NCBI RefSeq assembly: GCF_009914755.1
Contig: NC_060936.1
Direction: 5' to 3' (one strand)
DNA from: the human T2T-CHM13v2.0 reference genome, Homo sapiens
DNA length: 64,000 nucleotides
Of the stretch, positions 31,314 through 45,180 are shown piece after piece (within the stretch, counting starts at the first letter, position 1; each line of letters starts with the position of its first letter). The notes below the pieces were generated by a model that was given only the letters and a program-made list of their open reading frames with translations, did not search any database and was not told where the DNA came from. The translations under genes and the position numbers were made by a program.

Positions 31314-31888
31314 TCATTTGTATTTTTACTTTGCTTTTAGGGGTTTTTGCCATGCAGAATTTTAAAAAATTAAACCAAAGTTATCAAACTTTTCTCTTAG
31401 TTTTTGGAAATTTTCACTCACATATGGTAAAGGAATTCACCCATGTTTTCTTCTAGTATTTGTACAGTTTTGTTTCTAACCCATTCAGGATTTATACTGG
31501 TATATACTACACAGAATAAATCCATTTTTATCGTTTTCATACGCCTATCCATTTGTGCCAACACTGCTTATTTAAAAGTCCATTTTTCCCCACTGATTTC
31601 AGATGCTGCTTTTATCATGGTCTGAATTTCCATGTGCAGTTAGGTTTATTTCTGGATATTCTATTTGGTTCCATCAGTTGTCTGTTCATTCACTTGCCAA
31701 TACAATTTTCTTCTAATTATAGAGACTTTGTAATGTTTTAACATCTGGTTTAAGATCAAGCCTCCCTCTCATTGTTTTCCTTTTTTAGAGTTTTCCAGGC
31801 TATTTCTGTTTAGTTGCTTTTCCAAATGAAACATATAATCAATTTGTTTAGCTTCAAGAAAAAAAACTGATAATATTTATCACAATAG

Positions 31889-32199
<311 letters not shown>

Positions 32200-32415
32200 T
32201 AGATATCTTTATAATATTGAGTCTTCCTATCTAAACTTACGGCCTACTATCTGTTCATATCTATTTTTGTGTCTTTCAGGAGTGTTTTATTCATATATGT
32301 TTTGGTCATTTCTTATTATTTATGCCTAGGTACTTTTGTTGGTTTTGCTGCAATTATAAAAGGAGTCTTTAAATCTTCCAACCAGTTGCTATTTTTATAT
32401 ACGGAAGCTATTGCT

Positions 32416-32531
32416 GGCTGGGCATGGTGGCTCACACCTGTAATCCCAGAACTCTGGGAGGCCAAGGCAGGATCGCTTGAGGCCAGGAATTTAAGACCAG
32501 CCTGGGCAAGACTCCATCTCTATTTTTTTTT
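32416..32531 (+). mobile_element. FLAM / Alu left monomer
   Basis: Left arm only; TSD aagctat(t/g)gct. Confidence 0.88.
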
Positions 32532-32929
32532 AAAGCTATGGCTTTCTATATATTGATTTTATAACCTGCACTTTACTAAATTCTGTTAAGTGTTTTGGCA
32601 GTTTTTCCAATGATTTTTTTTTTTTTAGTTTTCCTGATATATAATATAATCTGTAAACAGAAATAATTGTATCTATTTTTCTCTAATTCATATGCCTCTG
32701 TCTACTGGCACTGGATGATAATTTCAAACTGGTTTTAAATAGTAATGATGACATTGTCCATCCTTGTCTTATTCCTGAATTTGGCAGGTATTTCTCGATT
32801 AAGTAAGATGCTGACTTTAGGGATGAGATACATAAAATTTTCAGATGCATTTTTAGTTCCCAATAAATCTGTCACTCCCCCCATTGAGGCTGAGATGGTA
32901 CTTCAGGATAAAGCAGAAAGCACCAAGAA

Positions 32930-33100
32930 TAGTTGCTTTTCGAATGTTAATGTACATACAAATCACCAAGTGATCTTGTTTAAATGCATATTCTGATTCA
33001 GCAGGTATGGGATTGGGGCTGAGATTCTGTAGTTTTAACAAGCTTCCAGGATATGCTGGGATGCTGCTGCCCACAGTGGACCACATTCTGAGTAGTGATG
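32930..33100. mobile_element. MER5-type hAT-Charlie MITE
   Basis: aatcaccaagtgatcttgtttaaatgcatattctgattcagcaggtatggg...tttaacaagcttccagg...gaccacattctgagtag. Confidence 0.85.
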
Positions 33101-33819
33101 ATCTAAAACAAAGAAATTTTTTTCTAGCTTTGATTTTCCAAAATAAACTTTACAATAGTTCAAAGTGGAAAAAATAGTCATAAAAATTCTGGTTTCCAAT
33201 TTTAAAAGCCAAACACATTTAACTCTCTATAGACCAATCCTGGAGGACTAAACAGAGTTTCTTCATAAGCCACAGAGTGGGAAAATGCAGGATATGACAA
33301 AAGGGTGGCTTCCTGCCACATAGGAAGAGGAAGAAAGTTCTTTCTGCAGCTGTGGGGAGGAGTCTAAGGAGATCGAGTTGAGACATGTAGTTCTTGCAGC
33401 CCCAGTTAGAAATCATGCTGGGGCTGGTGGCAGGGGAGAGGAAAGCCCAGATGGTTCAAGGGAGAATATGAGACAAGGAGGTAATGCAGGAGCAGCTGCA
33501 GCTAATGAACACAATGAGGGCCTCACAGGTGCAAAGGCCAAGAACAAAGCCCCCAAAAGAGACCCTTCAGCAGAGCCAAGCCAGGTTCAAAGGACTCAGA
33601 CAAACTCCTTTTTCAGTGTCAGAATAAGAATTTATTGTTGGTGTTGTGTCTGGGTTTCGTAGATGAAAAAATACTAAATGAATCTGAGGCAGAGCCACCC
33701 ATCCATTCCTTCTGCAAACTGAGTACCCATTATGTCAGGCGCTAGGGAGAAAGTGAATAAGATAGACAGAGCTCCTGCCCTCATGGAGCTTAATGTCAAT
33801 AACATGTAACATCTATCAG

Positions 33820-33955
33820 CAATGGTAGTTTACACAGGGATATACATCTGAAAATCTATATAAACATGCCCATACCTGCCCCTGGAGATCTGATTTGATG
33901 GGTCTGGGAAGAACCCAGGTAATTCAGATGCTTAATTCTAGTTAAAAATCACTAT
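33820..33955. mobile_element. MER5A-like fragment
   Basis: cctggagatctgatttgatgggtctggg...cccaggtaattcagatgc...gttaaaaatcact. Confidence 0.55.
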
Positions 33956-36319
33956 TTTTCAATATTTATACATCACTAGAGTACTTAATTTCCCAACTAA
34001 ACATTTGCAACTACAAATTTAAAGTTGCATGCAGTAAAATAATATTTTACAATCTTTTTGAATTCTAAAAAATATTTCTAGAATATATGAAAATAGTTGG
34101 TTTTTAGGACACAAATTAGTCACACTGTATTTGGGATATGTTCTAATTCATAAGACAAAGCTTCACAATTTTTAAAATTATAACTTTTTAACATATACAA
34201 ATTAAGATCCAAATATAGGATTTTTTAAAAATTAGCACTGTTCCCTATAATAATTTAAGCCGATTAGTATTTGCATATTTAGTAATGCTGTGAAAAGGAA
34301 GTTTCGGGGTTGAAATAGTACTTCTGTGAAAAAAAAATTTTGTGTATATATTTTTATATTTAGGATGTGAATGCATGTGTGTGTATAAAACATTGCCCTA
34401 TATTTACAAATTCTAAATCCTGATATATATTGATGTTTAGAAAATAAAACCATTTATAATGTTTTCCTTTATATAAAAAATACACATTTTCCACTAAGAT
34501 ATCACTTTAATCCAGACTTCCTCCTGGAATCTTCTCCAGGCTCCACCTTCCCTCCCACCCCCACAGGCATTTGGTTCCAGCTCTATCATGTAGCTCTATT
34601 GTGTTGCTGAGAATAAATGAACAACTCTGAAAGGGAAACTTGATCACTGAGACCAAAGTGAAGTCTGATATTTTCAAGATTCTTGCTCAAATGTACTCAC
34701 CCCGTTAGTTACCATATCCTATTATAGTTCTTGCCACATTGCACTGTGACTTATCAGTTCAAGAGTCTATGTTAACCAGACTGTGAGAAGTTCTTGTTCT
34801 ACTTTACTTAGAAATCTGACACATAGAACAAATCAAGAAATGCTTAATGAATAAATGAATGATTAAATTGCACTTCCCATCCTCTTTAAGAGCTGTAATT
34901 TAACCGCAGCATTTAGACAGACTCCAGATTTTGTGTCCTTACAGTTTGGTTTTATAACCAAACTCAGTTCTGTAGGGCTTAGGTCTCTAAACTCCCTTGT
35001 GAGCTGCTTTTTTATCCCAGAGGCATAGGACTTACTGGTATAAACAATAAGAGGATGGCAGTGGGAAGAGGCCTCTGCATGCCTGGATCTGCTCTCAGGA
35101 GAAACTAACCAAACCAAAATCTGAAGAAAGCCAGTTAGTGTACCTGTGCTATCAGAAAAACAAAATGAGATGGATAATCTTAAAGTGTATTTGCATCAAA
35201 CGCCTTTACAATAGTTCTGCATTTATCCATTAAGCAAACCCAGTATTCCTTTCTCCTTGTCAGGCCTCCTGGCTTTTCTTCAGTTATCTTCTTATAATCT
35301 AGAGGTTAACAACCTTTCTGAGATATCTTCAATTGCTCTTTATCCGATTGCATGAGGAAGGAACAGTGGGATTGTTAAAGAAAGTCAAGACCTACGTGCT
35401 GGAGAGATGGAAGAGTCCCCATTATGCTTGCCCAGGTTTTGTCTAAAGCAAATCTTTTCTGCAGCTGTAAGTAGATATCCAACTGGTCAGACTCCTTTAA
35501 CTTAAAATCCTAGAAACAATTGGAGTACTTAAAGAGATTCCAAAAGATGAGATAGAGGAGAAAATATGGCGAAAGAAGACTAAGCAATCTAGAGGTGTAG
35601 GCGGGCAAGGATCAAATACAGAAAGATAAACTAAGGCATGGAAGCACAAGTAGGTCTTCAAGTCCTCTCAACTCTGAATGAAAGTCTAGAAATGCAGAGT
35701 CAGCAACAACAATACCTGAGAATAAAGTTAAATTCTATACCTAACTCATGGGCTTGATTCTGCTAGGAGTCGGTATCCTTAGATCCTCAAGTGTTATCAT
35801 AGCTAGAAAGAGGCTAAGTGACTGCAGGTGAGCCCTTATCCAATTCCTGTGCTGCATTCCCAAGATGACCTCCCCAAACATAAGCAAGTTAAGTGAGATA
35901 GCAGGGCTTCTGGGGGTCATGGGTACAGAGGAGACCATTAAAGCTCTGAAAGTGTATAATAGATGACTGTACATACAAGGTATACCACACAAAACATCTC
36001 ATTTATAGCACTGTCAGCATTTGGTAGTGATTACATTGTTTGTGACATATTTGACATGCAAAATCTCTATAGTAAAGAAATATCCCCTAGAGCCATATCT
36101 GTATCCATTTTGCATTTTCATATTGACCAATGCACTAGAAGAAAACTGTCAGAAAATAACTTTATGGAATATCCTCCCATGGCTAGGGCCTTGGGGAAAG
36201 TTTTAGAGATGAATTTTTTCGACAAATACTTCTGAGATACAAGAGTAGAACAATAGCAGGTGGTACAAAAAGAATGTAGAAAGTGTTGGAAAAGGAAGGG
36301 AAACACTCGATAAGGTAAC

Positions 36320-36530
36320 TTCACTGAGCTGTAGAATGAGAATGGGATTTGGAGTTGAAGACTTGGGAATGAATCCCAGTTCTGCCACTTGCTAGAAGTG
36401 CCTCTATTTATCCATTTGGAGAATAATAGAAATAAGTATACTATGTCATGAAGTTTTGTGAGAATCAAATAAGAAACTGTATGAAAAAAAAACGTAGTTA
36501 ACATGACAGGCACTCAAAAATTTTAGTTTC
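36320..36530 (+). mobile_element. MIR
   Basis: ggagttgaagacttgggaatgaatcccagttctgccacttgctag...gtgagaatcaaataaga. Confidence 0.8.
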
Positions 36531-36554
36531 TTCCCTGGCGTTGCAACTTTTAGA

Positions 36555-36685
36555 TCGTCAACCTCTTTGAGCTTTAGTTTTCTCATCTCAAAAATGAGAG
36601 TACTCTCTGGGTTGTACTAAGAACTAAAGAGAAATGTATCAAGGCACTCTGCAAACTGCAAAGCATTACTCAAGTGGTAGTTATT
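36555..36685 (+). mobile_element. MIR fragment
   Basis: aacctctttgagctttagttttctcatctcaaaaatgag. Confidence 0.7.
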
Positions 36686-36689
36686 GATT

Positions 36690-37181
36690 TGTATGAAACA
36701 TTTGGCATTTTTGGTTTCTCAGCACATAAACACCTCTTCTATTGGGGGGAAATCCCAAGATAAGTGGGGAGCAGCTCACTGTGACAGCCAAGGAAAGGTA
36801 AATATTCCATGAGTTCTGGCAGGTGGAGCAGACCCAGGCAGAGGCTACTGCTTGGACTTTGAAACTTAATGGAGTAACCGAAAGCACAAGGTCAAAGATT
36901 CATCACAGCAGCTGCTGTGGTTGGACTGCAGCCTGTTGATGGCACAGGTGCAGGGTGGTGCTGCCAGCAGCAGCAGTGCCAGTGCCCGCGACTGTCCAGT
37001 GGCAACTGTGCCAGTGGCAGGATCCTAAACAGAATCAGCCTGTGGTGGGATCTTGGCTGTGCCTCATCTTGCTTGGAAACTGCTCAAGTTCCTGGCTCTC
37101 CAACCTTCCCCTGGATCCTTTTTGCATGTAGATATAGAGAGGCAGCTATATTTTTGTAATTAAAAAACCATTATTGATACA
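36690..37181 (+). mobile_element. ERVL LTR (LTR33-like)
   Basis: tgtatgaaacatttggc start; gcagcagcagtgccagtg core; ends ttgtaattaaaaaaccattattgataca. Confidence 0.7.
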
Positions 37182-37476
37182 CATACCATCACAATCCCTA
37201 AGCTCAAGGAGTATACCTTCAAATTGCCAATGATAAAATGATTTATACATATGTAGTTATTTAATATGTTGTCCAAAACCCAAAATAACCAGATCCTTTT
37301 AGTATCAGATAAAAAAAAATCAGCCAATGCTCAAAGTAAATCTTTGTGTTGAAGCATTATACAGTTAGATGCTCATTTTTCTGTAAATCCTACACTGAAT
37401 AGCTGAAAAAACTTTACAGCTGCAAAAACTTCAAAGTCAAGAGATTTTGTTTTGTCCTTTTCACTAAATGAACCCT

Positions 37477-37479
<3 letters not shown>

Positions 37480-37508
<29 letters not shown>
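37480..37508. repeat. Poly(A) tract (~29 A)
   Basis: Uninterrupted A run not attached to an Alu body. Confidence 0.9.
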
Positions 37509-38269
37509 GCCAATTCATCCCAGACACTAGAACCCATAGGGAAAACACATAAGATTAATTTCTTCTACAAATTATTTTATTAACATCTCTAGAGTTAGTG
37601 TTTTCTTGGCCCTTTTTAAAAAAATTTTCAAATTTTGAAATTTTGAAAAATTTTTAAAATTTTTTCATTACTAGTCCCTAGGGAGAAAAATTTAATTTAA
37701 TTTAAATTCTCTATAACAAAAGATTAAATACTAAGGAATCCAATTTTGTTAGGTGAGGTTGAGGTACGGGAGACCACCATGGTAATATCTTGGGTTTCTT
37801 GCCCCCTAAAAACCTGTATTTGCTTTCCAATGGTCAGGATAGGAGACTCTGTAGCTTCCACTGAGAATGCGTGCTTTAGAATTATGGTCTTAGACAACAG
37901 ACTAAGCTTCAAACAATGACTTGGTAAGTGTTATCAATGCTTCCTATTCCATTTCTAAATAAATATGTATTATGGGCCTTAATGAATTGAATTTACTGTA
38001 GCTAAAAAATTTTGTCAGGATTAGTCATGTCCAAATGACTACCTACAGTTCAAACTGCCTCTAAATTACACTTTGGTAATATTCTGATTTGAATGAAAAA
38101 AAAAAACAAGATTATCTTTGTTAAACTGAGATTGAGTTAAAGTTTAAATTTACCCAACATTATTCCAGTAGAGACAGAAAACACAGTGCTATGTAGTATA
38201 AAAAGGGGAGAGAGATTAAGACTGTACCCAATAACCATCCCAGTTCATTCTGACCAATGGAGATGGGGA

Positions 38270-39520
38270 GACCTTCTTTTTAAACTCTTCCCAACCTACT
38301 TAATCCATGGACTTGGCTTGAACTATGATCAAATTGCTAATCACTCCAAATCTCTATCACTAGCTCACATCTCTTTCCTGACCTCTAGATCCATTTCTCC
38401 AACCTCCAATAAATATCTATACTTTGATTCCCTCCAACCATTTTCAACTCCAGGTGTCCCAGATTGAATTCGCTCTTTTATTTTTGCTTTATATGACCTA
38501 TTTCAATGAATAACAGTTTCCTAAGCCATAAACCTGGAAGTCATTCTAGCATTTTCTTCCTCCTTATTTTCCTTATCCAACCAAACTCTAGGTCCTACCA
38601 ATTTTACCTGCCTACATCTCTACAACCCTTGGTCCAAGTCATCTCTCTCTACGAGAATACCACAGCCTCCTCAGAGATCTCTGCCTCCAGTGTTACTCCC
38701 TCCGGACTCCTCCTTCACACTTCACACTGAATGTTCTTTCTTAGTATAATGAAAATGGAAACCATACCCCAATTAAAACTTTTCAATGTTCACTGCCATC
38801 TACATCCTTTTCCTTGGCCTCATGTTTCCGTTAGGAGATTCCTGCCACAGTTTCACACATGTTCTCTTTCAACTTGCCCATCACCTCCAACTCACACCTT
38901 CCTGTGGAAGCATGAATGATTTTCCTGGCGAATTTTGGGGAATATACTGCATATAACTGACTTAACTCTTCGGAGCCAGCCAATCGGCAAAAAATATCCC
39001 ATTCTTTGCTCATCTGTAGGGTAAAATTTTTCAGGGGCAGTCTCTGCTCCTTTAAGGAAGGGGTGCTGCAGTTTAGGAGGTAAATGTAATTTAGGAACAA
39101 GTATTGAGAAGCCTAGTGTGACTGTACATCTAAGCGACATCATCCAATCCAGCTTTTGCCTGTAATAAGGCTCATTTTTTCCAGAATACCCCAAATTCTC
39201 ACACATCCTTCCTTTCCACATGCCGTTCCCTGTGCTGCTTTTGCATTTGGAAAACTCTTCTCATACTTCCCACCTCAGCTAACATGCTATCCCTAGACAG
39301 GCTGCAGGACTCTTACTTTTCTTCTACTGAAAGTTATCTGTATATTCATATAGAAATGATCATATCACATTGTAACTTATTTGCATATTTGGCTGTAGCC
39401 TATAAATTCCTCCAGAAAAGGAAACATACCTCAATTTATTCTTGAGTTCCTAGAACTCAGTGCTGAATGACATAGTAGGTCAACAGTAAATACTTATTCA
39501 TTGAACAGGTAAATAAATAA
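38270..39520 (+). mobile_element. L2 fragments with an unassigned insert at ~38800-39170
   Basis: ctaatcactccaaatctctatc...aaacctggaagtcattct...; 3' end acatagtaggtcaacagtaaatacttattcattgaa. Confidence 0.65.
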
Positions 39521-40294
39521 GCTTCCCATATACTCTCATTCCCAAAAAAGGAGTTTGTATAAAAAATCATATAACTACATGAGTACTAAAACTGGACTAA
39601 CAAGAAGTGCCATAGTTCTTTTTATAATGTATGCCAACTTTAGTGAAAGGAGAATTATATTCTTTAGATGTGTCTTAACTGGATAGCAGTCTAGAAATAA
39701 AATCAGCTCTATTTATAACCCATATTCTATAACTCCCCAAGTAAGAAATTACATATCTAATACCTAAAAAAAGAAAGCTATTTTTCTAGATAAAATCAGT
39801 CTTACTGAAAATTTTACACAACTGATTTTCAAGCTTGCATTACTTGCGGCTTCTGGATTGTAAAATGCTGATCACATCATTTTATAACATTCAGCCACAG
39901 ACAACTGTGTTTTGGACAGAGCACATTGTCACTGTAATTCCTTAATATAATATTATGAAATGAGAGCATAAGTATTTATTGATATCAAATTTTAACCCTC
40001 TGAGGATCATTCCAAAACAAGACTTTAGTTGTTTTAGAACAAAGAAGTATTAAAACATATTTATACATCATCTTGCAAGCTTATTGAAGATGAGCTTCAA
40101 AATACAACAGAAATATAATTAAGTAAAGCAATCAGGAGGAAAGGAAATGAACAGCCTCAGTGAGATTAGGATATAAAATATAAGCCCTAGGTTCTATGCT
40201 CTTTCTGAGGTTGCACATAAATTTGGCCTCAAATGCAGTTTGGCAAATTCCTATCAATTTGCAAGGGTTATATAAACATCAACACACTGACGTC

Positions 40295-40568
40295 TTTTAT
40301 TTTATTTATTAATTTTTTTGAGACAGGAACTTGCTCTCCTGCTCTGTCATCCAGGTTGGAGTGCAGTGGTGCAAACACAGTTCTGGGCTCAAGCAATCCT
40401 CCTGCCTCAGCCTCCCAAGTAGCTGGGCTAATTTTTAAAAAGGTTTTTTGTCAAGACAAGGTCTCACTATGTTGCCCAGGCTGGTCTCAACCTCCTAAGC
40501 TCAAGCAATCCTCTTGTCTCAGTCCCAGAAAGTGCTGGGATTACGGGTGTGAGCCACTGCACCCAGCC
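40295..40568 (-). mobile_element. AluJ with internal deletions
   Basis: TSD acactga(c/a)gtc. Confidence 0.9.
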
Positions 40569-40986
40569 ACACTGAAGTCCTTATTAAACTCATAGTTTAA
40601 TAATATCTTAGCTCATAGCTTATTCACAGCAATGGCATGGGGTGTAAATAAAAGGTCAGTAAGTCACAAATAATCACATATAATCCTAACATTTTCTTCT
40701 CACAAAATGTTGAAAATCTAGTTCTAGTCTGTAGTGAAATAGGCAAGTCTGAAGCTGACCTATACTTCCAAGTACAATTTTCATCTGAGAGGCTTAGACT
40801 TAGAACTTAGCAAGGAAGTTAATATGTATTTTGGATGGAATGTCTAGAAACCAACAGGTCAATAATTTTAGAGGAGGAGGAGAAGAAAGTTTCTCTCTTC
40901 TAAATGCAGAAAGGTCACAGTCTAATATCAACTAATGGAAGGAAACATATTCATAACTTTAGTAAGAGTAAATTTACATTGAGCTT

Positions 40987-41145
40987 ATTTTTAAATTTTA
41001 TTTTATTTTATTGATGTGTTTATTTATTTAGAGAGGGATTTTGCTATGTTGCCGAAGCTGTTCTTGAACTCCTGGGCTCAAGCGATCCTCCTACCTCAGC
41101 CTCTCAAGTAGTTGGGACTACCGGCACACACAACCATGCCTAGCA
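40987..41145 (-). mobile_element. FLAM_A-like Alu monomer
   Basis: gctatgttgccgaagctg...ctcctgggctcaagcgatcctcctacctcagcc...gggactaccggc. Confidence 0.85.
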
Positions 41146-41276
41146 AGTCTATTTTTTAAAAGCAATTATACTATCTAGTTTTGTAATATTAACATTCCAG
41201 TTAAAACTTGACATGGGATCTACAAACTTTAGGGACATTAACCTTGGTTTGTAAACTTAAAAAAGTAAAGCACCCA

Positions 41277-41531
41277 GGTTGGGCGCTGTGGCTCACGCCT
41301 GTAATTTCAGCACTCTGGGAGGCCGAGGTCAGGAGTTTGAGACCAGCCTGGCCAACATGATGAAACCCCGTCTCTACTAAAAATACAAAACTTAGCACTA
41401 CTTGAGAGGCTGAGGCAGGAGAATCGCTTGAACCTGGGAGGTGGAAGTTGCAGTGAGCTGAGAAAAAAAGAAAAGAGGAGAGGAGAGGAGAGAATAGGAG
41501 ACGAAAGGGGAGGGAAGTGGAGGGGAGGGGA
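41277..41531 (+). mobile_element. AluS with multiple deletions and a GA-rich expanded tail
   Basis: TSD aaaagt(a/g)aagcac(c/t)cag flanks the Alu plus the (GAGGA)n tail. Confidence 0.88.
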
Positions 41532-43372
41532 GAAAAGTGAAGCACTCAGAGGATGAATGAAATCTATACTTCCATAATTTTATTTATCAAATTCATACCT
41601 TGTATTACTGTGCCCCTGAATCTACATTAATTATTGGACAGTTAACCTAAATTCAGGTCCTTTTATATTTATTATACCTGAAAATTTTTTTCCCACATAG
41701 TAAGAAATTTATTGTATGATAAAAGCGTAGTTGGCCTCTTCTAATTTTCCTTCCTATGTTACCTTACCACGCTGGCCAGAGTTTTTATTTGCTGGCTGAG
41801 CATTCTTGCCAAACCAGGCAATAGAAAGGAGAATGCCACATTTGCAGGGCTACTGTGCAGTTTAAACCAGTTTTAAATCATTAGTCACCCAATAATAGAA
41901 GATGACAGAAGAAATTTCTCCCTCAAAGCACATGAGAAGGATTTTCTAAGGTTTTAAAAGTTTTCAGAAAGTAAAATGTCACCCATAGTTTTCAGTTCTT
42001 TGTTTCACGCTACTCTTCATCTTCTAACATCCCAGGTCTAATTATGAGTACAGATAGACTCTGCGGTGAAAACAATGAGGTGGAAATAATCGCTTTTCAT
42101 GCAATCTAAAAGAGTCATGGTAATTAAGATACAGGAACAAAAACGAACCTAATCTATGATGCTAGTTTCTAAAAAAAAACATGAATAAACGTCCCCAAAT
42201 TGATCCCATGTTCTCCCTTTCAGCTCCAACATATTCATTTCCTGGATAGATACGGGGAGAAATATTCTGTGTAGAAAAATGTATCTGTCTTTTTCAAATG
42301 CTTTCAGAAAGTGCTCTCCCACCCCCCAACAATTCCAGAGTAGGAAGAGTCCATTGACCATACCTCCAGTTGTGGTACTGAGGGCCCCAGAAGCAACTCA
42401 ACCCTTTGTAAACTATGTAGAATAAGTAAAAATTGAAACAACATAAAAGAGTGCCACAGGCCCAATCAGACACTGTACCTTTTAACAGAGAATGTGTAAG
42501 TGTGAAGGCAAATCACAGTCATCTTGCCAGGAAAAGAAGTCACAACCAAAGAAATTCCTGACGGAGAATTCCCTGTATGGGAGGCTTGTTCGTGCTCTCC
42601 TGAGGTTGACAAGAAAAAGACTTCTAATCTACTCTTACCTTTGACCAAAGGGTTTTCTATGATAGACAAAGATAACTGTTGCAAATGCACAGGGAAAATG
42701 GAAAAATGAATATCATGGCATCTAGGTCTCTATTAGGCCTATGCTATTAAAAACCAACAGAAAATCCAATGCATAAGAGATCTCCTCTTCAGGACAGCAG
42801 CAGGCCATGTCCCAGGAGAACCTACTGTAAAGGAGCTCACTCCAGTGTGACGTCATGTGAAGGAGCCCACTGGGTCCAAGAGGATTCATCAGTTGTGCCA
42901 GTGGCTTCCAGTGCTGGCATTTGCTGGCTTAGAATCTCACGGCTGTCTTCCTCTGCTGGCCTTGCTTCTGACTTCAAAGTCATTCTACTTGAAAGAGATT
43001 CTGCCATTTTGCTCAGGCTCATATTTGGAATGTTAAAAGGTTGACCATTGTTGGGGAAAATGGTCCAGATGCCAAAATCAAAACTGAGTGCATAAATTAT
43101 TGGGACAGATGGGTGGCCATCTGGAAAAAATACAGTTGGATTAAAACCTCACACATTTAACACGAAGCCAAACCCAATATGGTAAAACTTCTAATGTAGA
43201 AGAGTAGAACTGTAAAAGGAATAGAAAAACACAGGATAATTTTCTGTAATTCCAGGGTAGGGATGGTCTTTATGAAATAAAATCTGGATTATTTTAAAAA
43301 AGGTAAATTTAAGCATAAAGAAAAACAGCTGCATGAGAAAACATACAAAATGCAGATTAAAAAAGTAAAACA

Positions 43373-43696
<324 letters not shown>

Positions 43697-43806
43697 TCAG
43701 AATAATTGTCTATATGTTATGATATATAATATATAGTGTCATATTTATATAAAAGTACATAATTTAGAGCTATGCATTTATAACACTATATATACATTTA
43801 TCTTTA

Positions 43807-43833
43807 TACACACACACACACACACACACACAC
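43807..43833. repeat. (CA)n microsatellite
   Basis: acacacacacacacacacacacacac. Confidence 0.95.
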
Positions 43834-45180
43834 CTCAAACTTGCAAACCAACTAGTCTGTATAAGTTACTTACAGTTAGTGAATTAATCAGCCAGATAAG
43901 TTTTTCTTGCGTATAGTCAGAGAAATGGTCTATATTCTCCAATGCATGTATATTGTATTAATTAACGTGGTTCATGCTGTTGTGAAGCTGCAGCTGTTGA
44001 GACTGTGTAGAGCTGAGCGCTGTCCAGAAGGAGGAGCACAGGTTGCCCTGAAGCTGATGCTCTTGTCTGCACTGTTGCCATGGAGCCCGTGCATATACGC
44101 TTACTACCAGTGTGGAGCAATCATTTCCTATTCCATTCAGTACCTTTTTATATCTTGTGATTTTGATTGATGTGAATGTATTATGTATTATCTATTCAAA
44201 AGATTAAATAGATTTTAAAGATTAATTTTTTAAAATTAGTGTGAAAGTTCTGGCTCAAGATGAGTGAATGAGCATACATTTTCCAACTCTCTCATGACCT
44301 GATTCAATTTCAGGAATAATGTGAAATGGAATAAATCCATGGAATAAAGCGTGCCTTCAGCAGGTAAGAAATTATGTTTTTCTAGAAGTTGGAATGCAAA
44401 TGGGCTCAAATGGTCAGAGAAAACAAAGAGAAGAAATCATGATTCCAAATGCTCATAGAATAAAACTACAGAGGAGGTAGGAGACATTCTTCCAGAGTAG
44501 GCTTCTAGAGAATCCAAGTTCACAGTCAGCAGGTACAAAGATCAAGATGTTTGGGCTGAACGGCAAAAATTTTGAGGAACCACTAAGCTCCTCAACTTCC
44601 TCTCATATGAGCAGAGAGCAGCCAGTTGAGCATTTTCATTTCTACTGGGTATGGCTGTTGGGACTGGAGAAAAAGTAGAAAAGAGCCTAAAGTGGACCGC
44701 CAAAACAAAAATCAAGAGAACATAGCATGTGTGCTGAATCTAGAGGCTCTAGAACACTGATTGACTGAGCTAGAATCAGCTCATCCCCAAGAGTCAAGCC
44801 CTCCTTGCTGATTGGCAATTGCCTCCCTGTCTATGAACTATAAGAGATGCCTGCATCCACTGGAACTACCCTCTTGCCCAAAGAACTCTGCTTGTCAGGG
44901 AAGAAGGTTGTTGGGTAATCAGATCTATACAACTGTAAAGCAAGCTCAGCTGCCCACCTATACTAATTAACATGGTCCTTTTGAGGAAAACTAATAACAA
45001 AAAGAAAAAGATCAATATCAATATCAATAAGCAACAAACAATTAATTCAGAAGAAAGAGATGATGCAAGGAATAGAAAAAAAACCTTTGTAAATTAAAGA
45101 TAGTATTCTCAAGGAGATTTAGGAAGATATTGCAAGATTAGAACAAAAATAGGCTGCTATTAAAAGATCAATAAGAAAAT

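Noticed and set aside
44010-44090. REST right half-site (GGACAGCGC, minus strand) and partial RFX box gttgccatggag
   Set aside because: No REST left half at proper spacing; incomplete X-box; probably within an L1 remnant
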